DNA of 64,000 nucleotides from an uncultured Methanoregulaceae archaeon (GTDB taxonomy: Archaea > Halobacteriota > Methanomicrobia > Methanomicrobiales > Methanospirillaceae): positions 31,223 to 95,222 of the forward strand of contig CAVTBZ010000003.1 of the NCBI GenBank assembly GCA_963733045.1, in the 5' to 3' direction. Position 1 is the first letter of the stretch. The number at the start of each line of letters is the position of its first letter. The position numbers were made by a program, and so were the translations under genes. Positions 24,202-34,519 of this stretch are shown here, one piece after another. The notes under the pieces were generated by a model, which was given only the letters and a program-made list of their open reading frames with translations, had not been told where the DNA came from and did no database searches.

Positions 24202-24756
24202 TTAATAGGGTACATTCGTGTTGGTAATTGTTGCAGGGGCTGTCTTTGAGAACGGCAGTGCAGCACCAACAGAAGGTCTCAATTCCATAGTCATTTTGGT
24301 ATTCGCTGATACCCCGGCTACGTTAAATGCAACTTCTACCTGGTCATTGGGATTCATTGAAGTGACAGCTGTAGTACCTATCATAGTGCTAAAGACTGCA
24401 TCACTCGCAGTAGTTCCCTGTGTGAGGATAACAGGAGTGGTGGTGGGCGTGGAGAAGACAATCTTCATCTTGGTCAAATCAATAGCCGATGCACCAGGAG
24501 CGAGACCAATAACGAACGTGATATTGGTTATACTAGAATTATCCGTGGACAGGCCATAGACACTACCTATCATCTGGATGTTTGCAGTCGACTGTTCAAC
24601 ACCTTTGTACACGGTCTCCTGAGCCTTCTGGGTTGTAAAGAACCCGGCTCCGAGTACGACATACGAGAACACTGCCGCGACGACAACGAATGCAATAAGT
24701 CCAATCGCTGCTTCAAGGCCAGTGAACCCTTTATCATTAGCTTTAAACGAATTCAT
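24202..24756 (-). CDS. flaB: Archaellin
   Basis: KGFTGLEAAIGLIAFVVVAAVFSY. Confidence 0.95.
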   Translation of the reverse strand: MNSFKANDKGFTGLEAAIGLIAFVVVAAVFSYVVLGAGFFTTQKAQETVYKGVEQSTANIQMIGSVYGLSTDNSSITNITFVIGLAPGASAIDLTKMKIVFSTPTTTPVILTQGTTASDAVFSTMIGTTAVTSMNPNDQVEVAFNVAGVSANTKMTMELRPSVGAALPFSKTAPATITNTNVPY

Positions 24757-24819
24757 GAATTCACCTTAACACTTTGGACCCTGGATATACCAACGTCCTT
24801 ATTTTTTTAAATGATGTCA

Positions 24820-24832
24820 TAATATAAAGTCA
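24820..24832 (-). promoter_or_regulatory. Putative TATA box of archaellin gene
   Basis: TTTATATT on minus strand about 65 bp upstream of the ATG; GGTGA SD-like motif before the ATG. Confidence 0.4.
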
Positions 24833-25043
24833 TTCTCCTTAAAATCTGTCTTTTTTTTGAGATTTTAAGGTTATTTCAATAAAAAATCCAATAATTGCGG
24901 AGAATACTATGCCATTTTTATTTTTTATATTCACTTTGGGGTATCTGATAAAAATATAATTGATTTATTCCCTGTTAATTACCCTTTCTGGCATGTAAAC
25001 GAGTATTTATGTTAGGAAACCAAAATATTTTTGCCGTAAACAC

Positions 25044-25822
25044 ATGGATAAAAAAAGCTGTTATGTATGCAATCGGAGCGCTGGTGCTGATACTCATTAT
25101 AGCACTGGTTATAAAACCGGTTGTGACCGGGCAGCCGCTCAATTTAGGTCTTCCTGGTACTACCTCGCCATCCCCGACAATGCCGTTGACAACACCCGAA
25201 TCCGTCAATATCAGTTACAGTGTTGTTTCAGCACCATCAACTCCTGTCCCGACAACGGTTCCCACGTGGGACAAGAATGTTAAGGTGGTGGAATTTGTTG
25301 ATCCTTCATCCTATGGTATTTCACTGAACCAATCACTTCCGAACAGCGCACGAATTGACAGTGTTGGTCGTAACACCAGCAGAATACTTTTTGCAAAGAT
25401 ATCGGGGCAATACAGTGCTACAACCCAGGTGATTTCAATCCCGTTTCCCTATTGGGAAATCTGGTATACTGTTGAACCTGCAGGAAAGATGGGAGGGAAG
25501 GACCAGAAACTGAGTTCTTCAACGGTCGATGGTGGTGAGGGAAGCGGGATATCCCATTCTGTTATCCAGGGATCATTTTCCGTAACCACTCCGGTGTTTG
25601 CTGTCAAGGTGATGGATGCTGACGATCCCTAACCGGATTGTCAGAACCATCACGCCCCCGGGGGGTCTTGATTCTACCTTGTGGACTGAATCCGATCCCC
25701 GTCCCTGGAAAGAGAAATTCTTCAAAGGCCGGAAAAACTACTTTTTCATTATCAGCACCCAGTCTCTCGACTCCTACAGCATGGAAATACGGATCCCGGA
25801 AGAATATATAGGCAGGTATTAA
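25044..25822 (+). CDS. Membrane-anchored hypothetical protein, frameshifted
   Basis: MDKK start, TM, Pro/Thr linker, QVISIPFPYWEI; ORFs 25009-25632 and 25616-25822. Confidence 0.65.
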
Positions 25823-25946
25823 AACTCAACCAGAATTATAATACGATTCCGTGCCCCTGAATAGCAAGGGATTTAAAAAATCAAAAAAAGTATTTTACCT
25901 GCTCAACCGAGAGTCAGGAATACAGTCTGTTTAAAAAAAGCACTTT

Positions 25947-26324
25947 TTAATCGATCTTTCTTTTTCCCATAGATTCAATATAGACAATCTCTTTTCCGAC
26001 TTCAACAACACCTTTCTTATCTTCAGGAATGGGAATTTCAAAATTTGAAAAATCTTTCATGTCCATCAGTTGTGCCGTGTTGCCGGCAATAGAGATGACC
26101 TGGCCACTCTTGCGCTCAACTACGGGAATATAGGCTTTTGCTGATACCGGTGAAACGACAGATCGTTTCACACCGTCAAAGATACCTACAGCATCGATTC
26201 GCGCCTTTGCGGCACCATGTTTTCCGGGCTTTGATGTGGCAATACCGAGCACCCTGCACGGCTCGTCTTCGATAACAACATAACGTCCCTCTTTGATTTT
26301 CCCGATTTCGGTCTGCTCTTTCAT
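25947..26324 (-). CDS. eif5A: Translation factor aIF5A
   Basis: SKPGKHGAAKAR hypusine motif. Confidence 0.97.
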   Translation of the reverse strand: MKEQTEIGKIKEGRYVVIEDEPCRVLGIATSKPGKHGAAKARIDAVGIFDGVKRSVVSPVSAKAYIPVVERKSGQVISIAGNTAQLMDMKDFSNFEIPIPEDKKGVVEVGKEIVYIESMGKRKID

Positions 26325-26427
26325 GTAATATACACCTGAATAACCACATATCGTAAACGCGGTAGTAATTTATCTCTGTTGCATTACATAAATACAGCGT
26401 GTAAATAAAGGAAGTGTTCTTGAGCTT

Positions 26428-27204
26428 ATGGAGTTTCTTTCTGCATGTAATCAGATGGCGGAGCTTGTTGAAGAGAGCATCCGTGACCTTGTAGGAACTC
26501 CTGAAGGTGGAGAAATTATAAAGATGGGTGCTGATCTCACTCCAACAAAAAAAATAGATCAGGTCGCAGAGGATTGTATTGTCACGTACCTGCAGGAACA
26601 CCCTCTCTGCTCTCTTCTGGTCAGCGAAGAGGCAGGGAAGATTAAATTTGAAGGCGATAGCGGGACCATCTTTCTTGATCCGGTTGATGGAACATTCAAT
26701 GCCGTAGCCGGTATCCCTTTTTATGCCCTGTCGATTGCATATGCCGAAAAAGGTGTGGTACAGAAAGCATTTGTCCGCGACCTTGCGAGCGGTGAAACAT
26801 TTACCGCAGAAAAAGGGAAATACGCGCGATGCAATGGCAATCCCATACAGGTATCGAAAGTCTCCCGGCTCGATGAATGTGCGATGAGCATCTATGGGAG
26901 AAAATTCGATCTCACACGTATGACGCAGTCGGGCAGAAGATACGACGCTGGCGCCTGTTGGGGGCATCAGCTCTCGAACTCTGTTACATTGGCTGCGGAA
27001 GGGTTGATGGTTTTGTAAGATCTCAGGGGAAGACTCAGGATAACCGATGCCGCCGCCGGAATGCTTATTTGTAGTGAGGCGGGGGGAACGGTGACGGATA
27101 TCGATGGAAAATCAATTCGTTTTCCCAATGAGGTGACGATCGGGCGATGTCTCATTGCCACCAACGCCTTGCTGCACCACAAGGTGATCGAGTACCTGCG
27201 GTGA
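26428..27204 (+). CDS. suhB: Bifunctional FBPase/inositol monophosphatase, frameshifted
   Basis: DQVAE, SEE, LDPVDGTFN, GASALEL, DAAAG. Confidence 0.9.
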
Positions 27205-27209
27205 CGGTC

Positions 27210-28024
27210 ATGCGGTTTCTTCTCGTTTCACGTATTGATATCCAGGGAGCACTGGAATTCACAGAAAAGATCAAAACTGTTCTGGAAAACGAAGGATCAG
27301 AAGTTTTATTCGAGAACGACACGGCAAAATCTCTCGGAACTGCAGGATCTTCCATTGGAGGTGCAAACGCAGATGCCGTAATTATTGTCGGGGGGGATGG
27401 CACTATCCTCCTGTACGATCCAGCAGATGACCGCGCCAATCCCGGTTCTTGGTATCAACTGGGGTGAAGTTGGTTTTCTTGCGGATCTGGAACCCTCTGA
27501 AGCACTGGAATTTATTAAAACACTTCCCTCTGGATTCGCTATTGATGAACGGATGAGGATCTCGCTCTCAAATGAGGACGCCTGTTTTGGCAACGCCCTC
27601 AACGAAGCGTTGATCGTTACTACCCGGCCGGGAAAGATGCTGAAATTCTCGGTAATTATTGATGGAGTCACTACGGAGCAGTTCCGCGCTGACGGTCTCC
27701 TGATCAGCACGCCAACCGGCTCCACGGCCTATGCAATGAGTGCAGGAGGACCTATTGTCGACCCGCGAATACAGGGTTTTTTACTTGTTCCGCTTGCTCC
27801 CTATCTCCTGTCGTCCCGGCCACATCTCATCAGCAGCGACCGGAACCTCAAAATCCTGCTGGAGAGACTCAAAATCCGCCAATCTTGTGATTGATGGCCA
27901 GAAGACTGTCGGGATGGGGACATTTATGACAATAAACATAAAAAGATCCGAATATCCTGCACTATTTATCGATGTTAAACGGAATTTTTTTGAAAAAGTG
28001 GACAAAAAACTCCGGAAGCTCTGA
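27210..28024 (+). CDS. nadK: NAD(+) kinase, frameshifted
   Basis: [29 protein letters not shown]. Confidence 0.93.
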
Positions 28025-28229
28025 ACTATCTGATTTCATTCTTCGAAAATGATTGTTACTCAAAAGAGTAACAGGTTCATCTTTTACGGATGAATCTGTG
28101 CGTAATGATAATTCCCGGGAAATTATCCGGTATTTTTATGATTTTAGTAACATTCCCGGTATTTTCAAAATAAAAGACTTATCTTTAAAGCCGATCCAGT
28201 ACTTGACAGGTGGAAGTGTGCAGGTTTCC

Positions 28230-28722
28230 ATGAAACTCGAGATGAAGGACTCTCCAGGTCAACTGGTAGCTGCCCTCAAACCCATTTCTGAAGTAGGCGG
28301 AAATATCATCGCGGTAATTCACCAGCATGAACCAGACCTTGATAATGATACCCTGAATGTGCAGATTGTCCTCGAGCTGCCAAAAGGGCGTCTGGAGAAA
28401 CTTGTCACCCTTCTGAAGGAACAGGGAGTGCGAATACAGCGAATTAATGAGGAACGCCTTCTGTACAAACGGACGGTGATTATGATCGGGCACCTTATGC
28501 ACACCGATTCTGTCTGACACGGTAGACCAGATTGATAATACCGGTTTTGCCGAAGTCTGTGAACTTTCCATGAGTATGCCAGCCGTGAATGAGCGCTCCA
28601 GTTCGAGAATAACCATAAAAGCGGTGAGTAAACAGGATATGGAGGCGGCTCTTGCAATTCTTCGTCGTGTTTCAAACAAGAAGTCCCTCCTGCTTATAGA
28701 ACCCCTGGAGGAAATAGCATGA
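28230..28722 (+). CDS. ACT-domain protein (homoserine dehydrogenase-associated), frameshifted
   Basis: MKDSPGQLV, GGNIIAVIH, IGHLMHTD; overlaps the hom start. Confidence 0.85.
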
Positions 28723-29709
28723 TGAGGGTGGCACTGATCGGGTTGGGGTCAGTCGGCAAAGGAGTTGCCGGCATGATTGCAAAAAAGGATCTCGGCATTA
28801 CCCTGACCGGGATTGCCGATTCGAAAAGCGGGTGTATGGATCCTGATGGACTGGACATCGAAAACATCCTTTTAAAGAAGAGTAAAAAGGGGTATTGCGG
28901 GGATCAAAAAGTTTCAGCTTCCGACGTTATCAAAAATGCAGAATATGATGCACTCATCGAAGTGACCCCAACCAATGCGCTAACCGGTCAACCCGCGATT
29001 GGATACATCAAAGCTGCTCTTTTACACAAGAAGCATGTTGTGACGTCAAACAAGGGACCGATTGCCCTTGCCTATAAAGAACTCCGCACGATGGCAGAAA
29101 AGCAGGGTGTTGCCCTGCGGTACGAAGCGACGGTGGCAGGTGCGATCCCTGTTATGCATACCCTGGAACATGGGCTTCCCGGTAACGAGATCCTCGCCCT
29201 GTATGGTGTGCTGAATGGTACCTGTAATTATATCCTCACCCGGATGGCAGCAGAGGGACTTACGTATGAACAGGCATTACTGGAAGCCCGGGAGATGGGC
29301 TATGCTGAAGCCGATCCTACCTATGATGTGCAGGGAATTGATGCGGCAATAAGAGCTCGTGATTCTTGCAAATACGATATGGGGAAATAGCGTAAAATTA
29401 AATGATATTGATCGTACGGGAATCGATCTGCTGACACCCGATGCATTACGGTTGGCGGACAGTCAGGGGTGCACGATTCGCCTCATCGCTGAAGCGATTC
29501 CGAGGAAAAATATACTCCGGGTTTCGCCCCGTATCATCGAAAAGAATCACCCGCTTGTAGTAGAGGGCACGCTGAACGCACTTACGCTGGTGACGGATAT
29601 GGCAAAGGAAATTACCCTGATAGGCAGGGGCGCCGGGTCGACAGAAACGGCGAGTGCTATTATCGGCGACCTGCTTTTCATTAAAGACTGTTATGTCCAG
29701 CGTGCTTGA
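28719..29709 (+). CDS. hom: Homoserine dehydrogenase, frameshifted
   Basis: GLGSVG, VVTSNKGP, YEATVAGAIP, LNGTCNYIL, GYAEADPTYD. Confidence 0.95.
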
Positions 29710-30799
29710 GCGCCGGCGTGAGTATCTGCAGCTGATGCGGCAGTTTACGCTGGATAAAGGTTATTTTACGATCACTGATATCCAGCATGCTACCAGTATT
29801 CCCCGCACTACGGCGCAGGACTGGGTAAACCGTCTGCTCGGTGAAGGCTGCGTTCTTATGCGCGAAGAGAAACGCGGGAGGAGCGCGGCACACTATGTCG
29901 CGATCAGTGCGATGCCATCGAGCGCCTGCCGACGGATTTTTACGACGATTGATGAGGACCTCGTAGAAATATATCATGACTGCATGAGCGGGGCCTGCGC
30001 AGCCTTCTGCGGGTATCATCACGCACTGGCAGGAGGTGTACTGGACAGCGTTGAGCGTGACGGCACACTTCTCAGAGAAAGTGCCCGGCTCGGGACGTAT
30101 GAGGTTCGTGTCGGGCTCTCACCTCTCCCGGCCGTTGGGGTTACCGGCATAGAGCGGGATGGGGATACGGTGATCCAGCATATCCGCTGCATCGGCGGTC
30201 CGGCATATTCGTTATCCGATATGATGGCACGGGCAGAAGGCGTGGTACAGGTTCAGACCCGCCAGGCCGGCCCGATTGTTGAAGGCAGTGTCCGTACGCT
30301 GGCGCTGATGCATGTCACTATTGGTATTGATGATACCGATTCCCATGAAGGAGGGGCAACATTTGCTCTTGCACTGGCATTGCTTTCGCATGTAACCCGG
30401 ATCAAAGGGGTTCTCCCCATCAGCCACCATGTTGCGATGCTGAACCAGGACGTTTTTGCAAAAACTGCCGGCAACTCAGCGAGTTTTATTGAAGTGGCAG
30501 TCACTCCTGAAAATTTTTCGGATCTTGAAGAAAAGATAGTACGGTTTGTTGCAGACGAGTCTCTTTCCCGCGAGTGGGGGATTGCTATCCGTCACGGACT
30601 CCGGATGCCCGATGGTCTGAGGGAATACGGGAGGCTTGTCCGGGAAACGGTAATCTCAAAGACGATTGCAGAAGCGACTGCAGAGCGGTATGGCATCACC
30701 CTGCATGGGGGTAATGGCATCATCGGGGCTCTTGGTGCCGTTGCCCTCGCAGGACTCCCCCATGAAGTGTTACTGGATCCGACACGGGAAATCCCGTAA
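29693..30799 (+). CDS. N-terminal HTH fused to a GIDDTD (TiaS/methanogenesis marker 11-like) domain
   Basis: IPRTTAQDWVNRL HTH, Cys/His cluster, IGIDDTDS...GAT, KTAGN, IIGALGA. Confidence 0.7.
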   Translation: MSSVLERRREYLQLMRQFTLDKGYFTITDIQHATSIPRTTAQDWVNRLLGEGCVLMREEKRGRSAAHYVAISAMPSSACRRIFTTIDEDLVEIYHDCMSGACAAFCGYHHALAGGVLDSVERDGTLLRESARLGTYEVRVGLSPLPAVGVTGIERDGDTVIQHIRCIGGPAYSLSDMMARAEGVVQVQTRQAGPIVEGSVRTLALMHVTIGIDDTDSHEGGATFALALALLSHVTRIKGVLPISHHVAMLNQDVFAKTAGNSASFIEVAVTPENFSDLEEKIVRFVADESLSREWGIAIRHGLRMPDGLREYGRLVRETVISKTIAEATAERYGITLHGGNGIIGALGAVALAGLPHEVLLDPTREIP

Positions 30800-31147
30800 T
30801 ACCGGGAAATCAATAGTGGTTTTTGATCGGTAATCGTGGTGTCCAATGTGATGATTCAGATACTGATATTCCGTTTTTTTTATTTTTCGTAGAGAGAGTA
30901 ATTCTTTAGCAATTCTGACCCTGTTGTTGAAAATAAGGTATCTGCAGGTAAAAATCCTCAAAATGCCGCTAAAAATTATTTTTAATGTAAGTAGTTTTCC
31001 CCATACTGGAGAAAATTGTCTCATTTTTACTATAGCACTCAAATATTTGATTTGAACAAAAAGAAAAGTTTATATACAAATATTATTAATAGGAATGGTA
31101 TACATTGTCATGTCCAACGTGGGCATTGTGAAGGGTGTTTAAAAATT

Positions 31148-31536
31148 ATGGTAGTAACAAGAAAAAATGATGAAGCAGTATCACCCGTTATCGGTGTGAT
31201 CCTGATGGTCGCAATCACTGTGATCCTCGCAGCAGTCATCGCTGCGTTCGTGTTCGGTATGTCTGGGAATATCAGCAAGACCAAAGTTGTCGCGTTTTCG
31301 GTTCAAAAAGTCGCTGGAAACGAAATTGTCGTGACTTACCAGGGAGGACAGGATGCGGGGGCCTTCATTAATGCAAGTGTATCTATTAATGAAGTGTTAA
31401 ACACTACAACTACTGTCGCAAATACGGTCGGTACCTCTGTGAAAGTATCCAGGAACCCCAGCTGAAAGATCACGTCGTTGTCACTGGTGTTTTCAACGAT
31501 GGTGCTTCGCAGGTACTCATAGATACCTACGTATAA
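31148..31536 (+). CDS. Archaeal type IV pilin, frameshifted
   Basis: DEAVSPVIGVILMVAITVILAAVIAAFVFG. Confidence 0.9.
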
Positions 31537-31615
31537 ACCTTTTTTTGATAACTCCATCAGGGAGTTACCCAAAAGAATTTCTATTCGGAATGGGTTTGCG
31601 TAAGGTGCTTAATAG

Positions 31616-32063
31616 ATGATATTGAGGAAAACTGACGAAGCAGTATCACCCGTTATTGGCACAATTTTAATGGTCGCGGTAACGGTGATCCTTGCAGCAG
31701 TTATCGGATCCTATGTGTTTGGAATGCCGATGAGCATCCAGAAAGCCAAACTTATGGGGTCATCGGTTCAGATGGAAATGTCCCAGGGTTTAATCCTGTT
31801 ATCATATCATGGTGGACCAGATGACATTTCGCTTGCAGCAATTAATATCACTGCACCCAACGGATCCGTATGGTATACAAGCAGCTCTGATGGTGCGCTG
31901 ACGATCAAGTACGGCGACTTCGCCTGCACCTGTCAAACCTCGGGTTGGTGCCACGATGAAATTATATCCGGCTCCTGATTGGCCAACCGGACAGAAGCGC
32001 GTTTATGCTGTTGGTTTTTTCAGTGACGGGATTAAGCAGGTCATCTTGGATTCTTATTTCTGA
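31616..32063 (+). CDS. Archaeal type IV pilin, frameshifted
   Basis: DEAVSPVIGTILMVAVTVILAAVIGSYVFG; YHGGPD. Confidence 0.88.
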
Positions 32064-32585
32064 TTTCTCCTTTTTTGTTGCTATAATACCAAAAGTCTGA
32101 TTGTTATATCCTCTTTGAATAACCTTGTATCAAACCATAAAACGCATAAATCTTCTAAATCTTCCTCATATGTTAAATTTTATCATCCAAATTCCCTGTA
32201 TTTACCCACACTCAATCCAAGCCCAATAATGGCTCCGATTGATGTCTGACAAGAGTAAAAGAAGCCTGGTTTCAGGCCCCGATTCCATAAGTCCTCAAAT
32301 CATCGTTATTTTGGCAAACTGACGAATTAAAAGACCTTCGTTATTGGCGTTCTGTGAGTCGATCACCTGCCGGGTAGCCAAATCGATAAAGAAAAAAAAG
32401 TTGCCTTTTGACGACCATTTTTGGGCTGTCATGGGCACATTATAATGAGCGCAAATCTGACTCTGTTTTGAAAACAGGGACTGAAATAGTGTCACTTCTT
32501 CCTTATAAGATACCTCCTTCCATAAAACGGAGAGGAAGTATTGACTTTAAGAATCCACAGAAACAATACAATTTCAGGAGTCAGA

Positions 32586-32921
32586 ATGCCAGACAAGAAA
32601 AACGAAAACCTCTCCGGACAAATCCTGAATCCGAAAGATCTCATCGCTTACCAGGAAAACTCTGTCGTAAGCCGGATGATTGTGTACAAAAAAAGTGGCA
32701 CGATCACGCTTTTTGCTTTTGATGCCGGTGAAGGATTGTCAGAACATACCGCACCGTATGATGCAATAGCCATGATCATAGATGGTGAAGCAAAAATTTC
32801 GATAGAGAAGACACAATACGTTTTACATGAAGGACAGATGATCATCATGCCGGCCAACAAACCGCATGCGCTGCATGCAGAGCAACCGTTTAAAATGATG
32901 CTGACCATGATTCACGAATGA
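32586..32921 (+). CDS. Cupin domain protein
   Basis: FAFDAGEGLSEHTAP, MPANKPHAL. Confidence 0.9.
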   Translation: MPDKKNENLSGQILNPKDLIAYQENSVVSRMIVYKKSGTITLFAFDAGEGLSEHTAPYDAIAMIIDGEAKISIEKTQYVLHEGQMIIMPANKPHALHAEQPFKMMLTMIHE

Positions 32922-32998
32922 ACGGAACCTCGCTGAATGGTGAAATAGTGCAGTTTCGTTCGGTCAACTGCAGAAAAATCCATTCCTGGGGGGTGCAC

Positions 32999-33019
32999 CA
33001 TTCATCATAATGATGAATG
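32999..33019. repeat. Perfect 10-bp inverted repeat between convergent genes
   Basis: cattcatcat-a-atgatgaatg. Confidence 0.5.
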
Positions 33020-33063
33020 CAGTGGTAACAATCCCGATGCATACGCTGATTATTACATTATTC

Positions 33064-33462
33064 TCAGGCAATCAATCGTATGTTGCTTGTTACAACATAT
33101 ACATACAGCCAGATTAGATAAATCAGGGCGAAAATTATCAGTCCGTATAATGTCTGGAAATTCAGTTTTATCCAGAATGGTTTTTTTTCCGGTTTTCCTT
33201 CGTTAATGAACACTACCGCGCCTTCCACCACAACAAACAGAATGATGTAGGCAATAATTTTTACGATGCCGTGAAAACCCGGGTTTGTAACGAAGGGAAT
33301 CATATAGGGATTTATTTCAACATTCCCCAGTTGCAGACCAATACTTGTTGTCAGGATATCCAGTCCGAATAATAATCCAAGAATAATCCACAGAATATGA
33401 CGATGATATTTTTTCACGAATGAATAAGGATTCTGAAATTCATTTTCTTTTATACCATTCAT
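33064..33462 (-). CDS. Small membrane protein (DUF5658-like)
   Basis: LDILTT...EINP motif and hydrophobic helices. Confidence 0.7.
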   Translation of the reverse strand: MNGIKENEFQNPYSFVKKYHRHILWIILGLLFGLDILTTSIGLQLGNVEINPYMIPFVTNPGFHGIVKIIAYIILFVVVEGAVVFINEGKPEKKPFWIKLNFQTLYGLIIFALIYLIWLYVYVVTSNIRLIA

Positions 33463-33611
33463 ATATGCTGAGTGCTCTCACACCATTTCTGATAAATAAA
33501 TGCATCGCGCCAGCGCATGGCATTCTTTTCCTGAGAAAGGTGATCAGATCAATCTTTTCTTTTCGGATTATCCAAAAGAAAAGATTAGCTTTTTTTGTGC
33601 TTACCCATATC

Positions 33612-34058
33612 TATTTCTTAAATAATACTCTCTTAAGTGTAATTTTTTGTAAAATTTATCTAATCTGATTTTTGAAAATCGCCCATTTTTTCCGACGAGA
33701 ATGGATGTATTTGTAACATAGTTGTCAAGTCTAATGGGGGCGGTTCGCACCCCCAGGGACACACTCCTATTCATATTTCCTTGACAAATCCACTATTCGC
33801 CATCAGAACGCTTCATGAGCTTCCAGAGGGATTCCAGAAGAACTACGACGCCCCCCTTTACGCTCTCAATCCCCCGGGGGGAGGTAGCGTGACAGGATAG
33901 CCCCATCGAGAGGGGGACGGGCAGGTATCAGAGCATCTCAGCTGATCCAGGTGCCCGTCCGAAGCGAAGCGGAGGGGTACCATGACCCCTGTGAAGAGGG
34001 GAGAACGTGGTTGACAGGTATTTTTTATTTTTATACCCGTCGACCGTAGGTTATTTAA
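33612..34058 (+). repeat. Structured dispersed repeat family B, copy 1 (MITE or ncRNA)
   Basis: Colinear by-eye homology with the reverse complement of 50230-50668. Confidence 0.8.
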
Positions 34059-34063
34059 AAAAA

Positions 34064-34148
34064 TGCGAGGAGCCGGATTCGAACCGGCGAACCCCTGCGG
34101 GAATGGACCCTAAATCCATCGCCTTTGACCTGGCTCGGCGATCCTCGC
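34064..34148 (-). tRNA. tRNA-Leu(TAG)
   Basis: GCGAGGA acceptor stem, ATGGA-TTTAGGG-TCCAT anticodon arm, long variable arm, GGTTCGAATCC; CCA not encoded. Confidence 0.96.
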
Positions 34149-34519
34149 ATGATTGTTCTTATGTAATTTTATGGGTCTTCGTGTGAAGTTTCTCATCTGA
34201 CCCCAAATCCCGCTCCTTTGACGTGAGGGGGATACCCAGACCCTGCAAAGAGATCTGCTTTTTTTAACGAGTATTGATTTCCGATGATGTGCCGGTAGGA
34301 TCAAACCCGCGTGCTAATTACATAGGTGCGGGGAAAATAAGAGCATATCGACATTTTTATCGGAGGAATTCTGGTGCCTGCGTGATCGCAAAAAAAATCC
34401 TGGTAATCAGGGAATGCGTAACGGTTCATTAGTATAACCGGTGGATGACAGAATCATCAGGGACTGGTGGTGATAGGTGCCGGCACTATCGGTCCGGTTG
34501 ACCCTGTCAAAAATCCCGA

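Noticed and set aside
33612-34058. Family B as an IscB/TnpB guide RNA or known self-cleaving ribozyme
   Set aside because: No cognate nuclease nearby, homology continues on both sides of the core, and no hammerhead core motif was seen; cannot be fully excluded without an Rfam search
34064-34148. tRNA-Leu as an integration site of a provirus or island
   Set aside because: No integrase and no duplicated tRNA 3' end seen in the window
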